In this document: positions 63,201-64,000 of the stretch, piece by piece
Layout: each line of letters starts with the position of its first letter
How positions within the stretch are numbered: position 1 is the first letter of the stretch
DNA from: Utricularia gibba
Taxonomy: Eukaryota; Plantae; Magnoliophyta
Direction of reading: 5' to 3'
DNA: 64,000 bases
Assembly (NCBI GenBank): GCA_002189035.1
Contig: NEEC01000111.1
Span: 1 to 64,000, forward strand
The notes under the pieces: model-generated
The model's database searches: none
What the model was told of the DNA's origin: nothing
Seen by the model: the letters and a program-made list of their open reading frames with translations, nothing else
Program-made: the position numbers and the translations under genes

Positions 63201-64000
63201 AAGCATGACTTTTCTCGAAAGGCCATTCTGGACGAGCCATCGCCTAGCATGCTCGAGCGCGGCGTGCGTCCCGCGCGAGGCCATGCCCGCCCATGTCCGA
63301 GCATGGCGCGCGGGCGGGCGTCCCGCGGGAGACATTCCCCGCCCATGTCCGAGCATGGCGTGCAAGCGGGCGTCCCTTGTGAGTCATTCCCCGCGCATGC
63401 TCGAGCATGGCGTGCGGCGGGCGTCCCGCGCGAGGCCATCCCCGCGCATGTTCGATCATGGCGTGCGGGGGGCGTCCCGCGCGAGGCCATGCCCGCCCAT
63501 GTCCGAGCATGGCGCGCGGCGGGCGTCCCGCGCGAGACATTCCCCGCCCATGCGAGCATGGCGTGCGCGGGCGTCCCGCGCGAGACATTCCCCGCGCATG
63601 CTCGAGCATGGCGCGCGGGCGGCCGCGCGCGAGACATTCCCCGCGCATGGCGTGCGGACGCCCGTCCCGCGCGAGACATCGAACGTGCTTGCTCGAGCAT
63701 CTTGAGGGGAACCCACCCCTACTCGCCCCGATGGAGGTGCTGCCTCCACGCCATGCCCACGGAGCCGGCGCCGCACGCCTGGGGCACACCGCCCCCGAGG
63801 GTGGGCCGGGTGCCTCTCGAGACACCTCCCCCCTCAAGAAGGGAGAACATGCCAAAACCCAGGTGGCGGCACTGGACATCCAAATGTTGAAAAAAGCGTG
63901 GCTTTTTTCGTGGGCCACAAGGCGCCCCGAGGGTGGGCCCAGTGCCTCCAGAGACACCTCCCCCCTCAAGAAGGGAGATCATGCCAAAAGGGAGGTGGCG
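33250..64000. repeat. IGS-derived tandem array, ~37 monomers of mostly ~760-840 bp, each with two initiator-like blocks and about eight 52-bp subrepeats
   Basis: Marker catcgaacgtgcttgctcgagcatcttgagggg counted 37 times from ~33806 to ~63677 (one copy partly deleted at 36268); monomer is the same as in the IGS of units 1 and 2; no rRNA sequence or 25S-proximal spacer sequence appears before the window end. Confidence 0.93.

Noticed and set aside
33250-64000. Conserved blocks alternating with variable GC-rich segments as a CRISPR-like or transposon array
   Set aside because: Intervening segments are homologous 52-bp repeats rather than unique spacers; there are no cas, transposase, RT, LTR or TSD features; the monomer is plainly the IGS unit.

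Overview
Plant (angiosperm-type) nuclear 35S/45S rDNA locus; all genes are on the minus strand. There are three complete 18S-ITS1-5.8S-ITS2-25S units (880-6633, 13058-18811, 24220-29963). The first two are followed on the + strand by intergenic spacers of 6424 and 5408 bp. Each spacer comprises a ~1.5 kb 5'ETS, paired ~133-bp blocks carrying a Pol I initiator-like motif (minus strand TTCTTGAGGGGGGAGGTG), GC-rich 52-bp subrepeats, and a 25S-proximal region with an (AAGTAACC)n array and a G-run. Upstream of unit 3 the spacer never closes within the window. After a ~845-bp promoter-to-promoter duplication, the ~0.8-kb IGS monomer (2-3 copies in the normal spacers) is amplified to about 37 copies, filling ~33250-64000 with roughly 75 initiator-like motifs. 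The array has private variants and an apparent higher-order order of monomer types. It also has homopolymer indels and base-interleaved chimeric patches typical of long-read consensus error, so it needs read-level validation. No protein-coding gene, 5S gene, intron or mobile element is supported; the ORFs are rRNA-antisense or repeat read-through. Coordinates were counted by hand and may be off by a few bases; comparisons with other plants are from memory.
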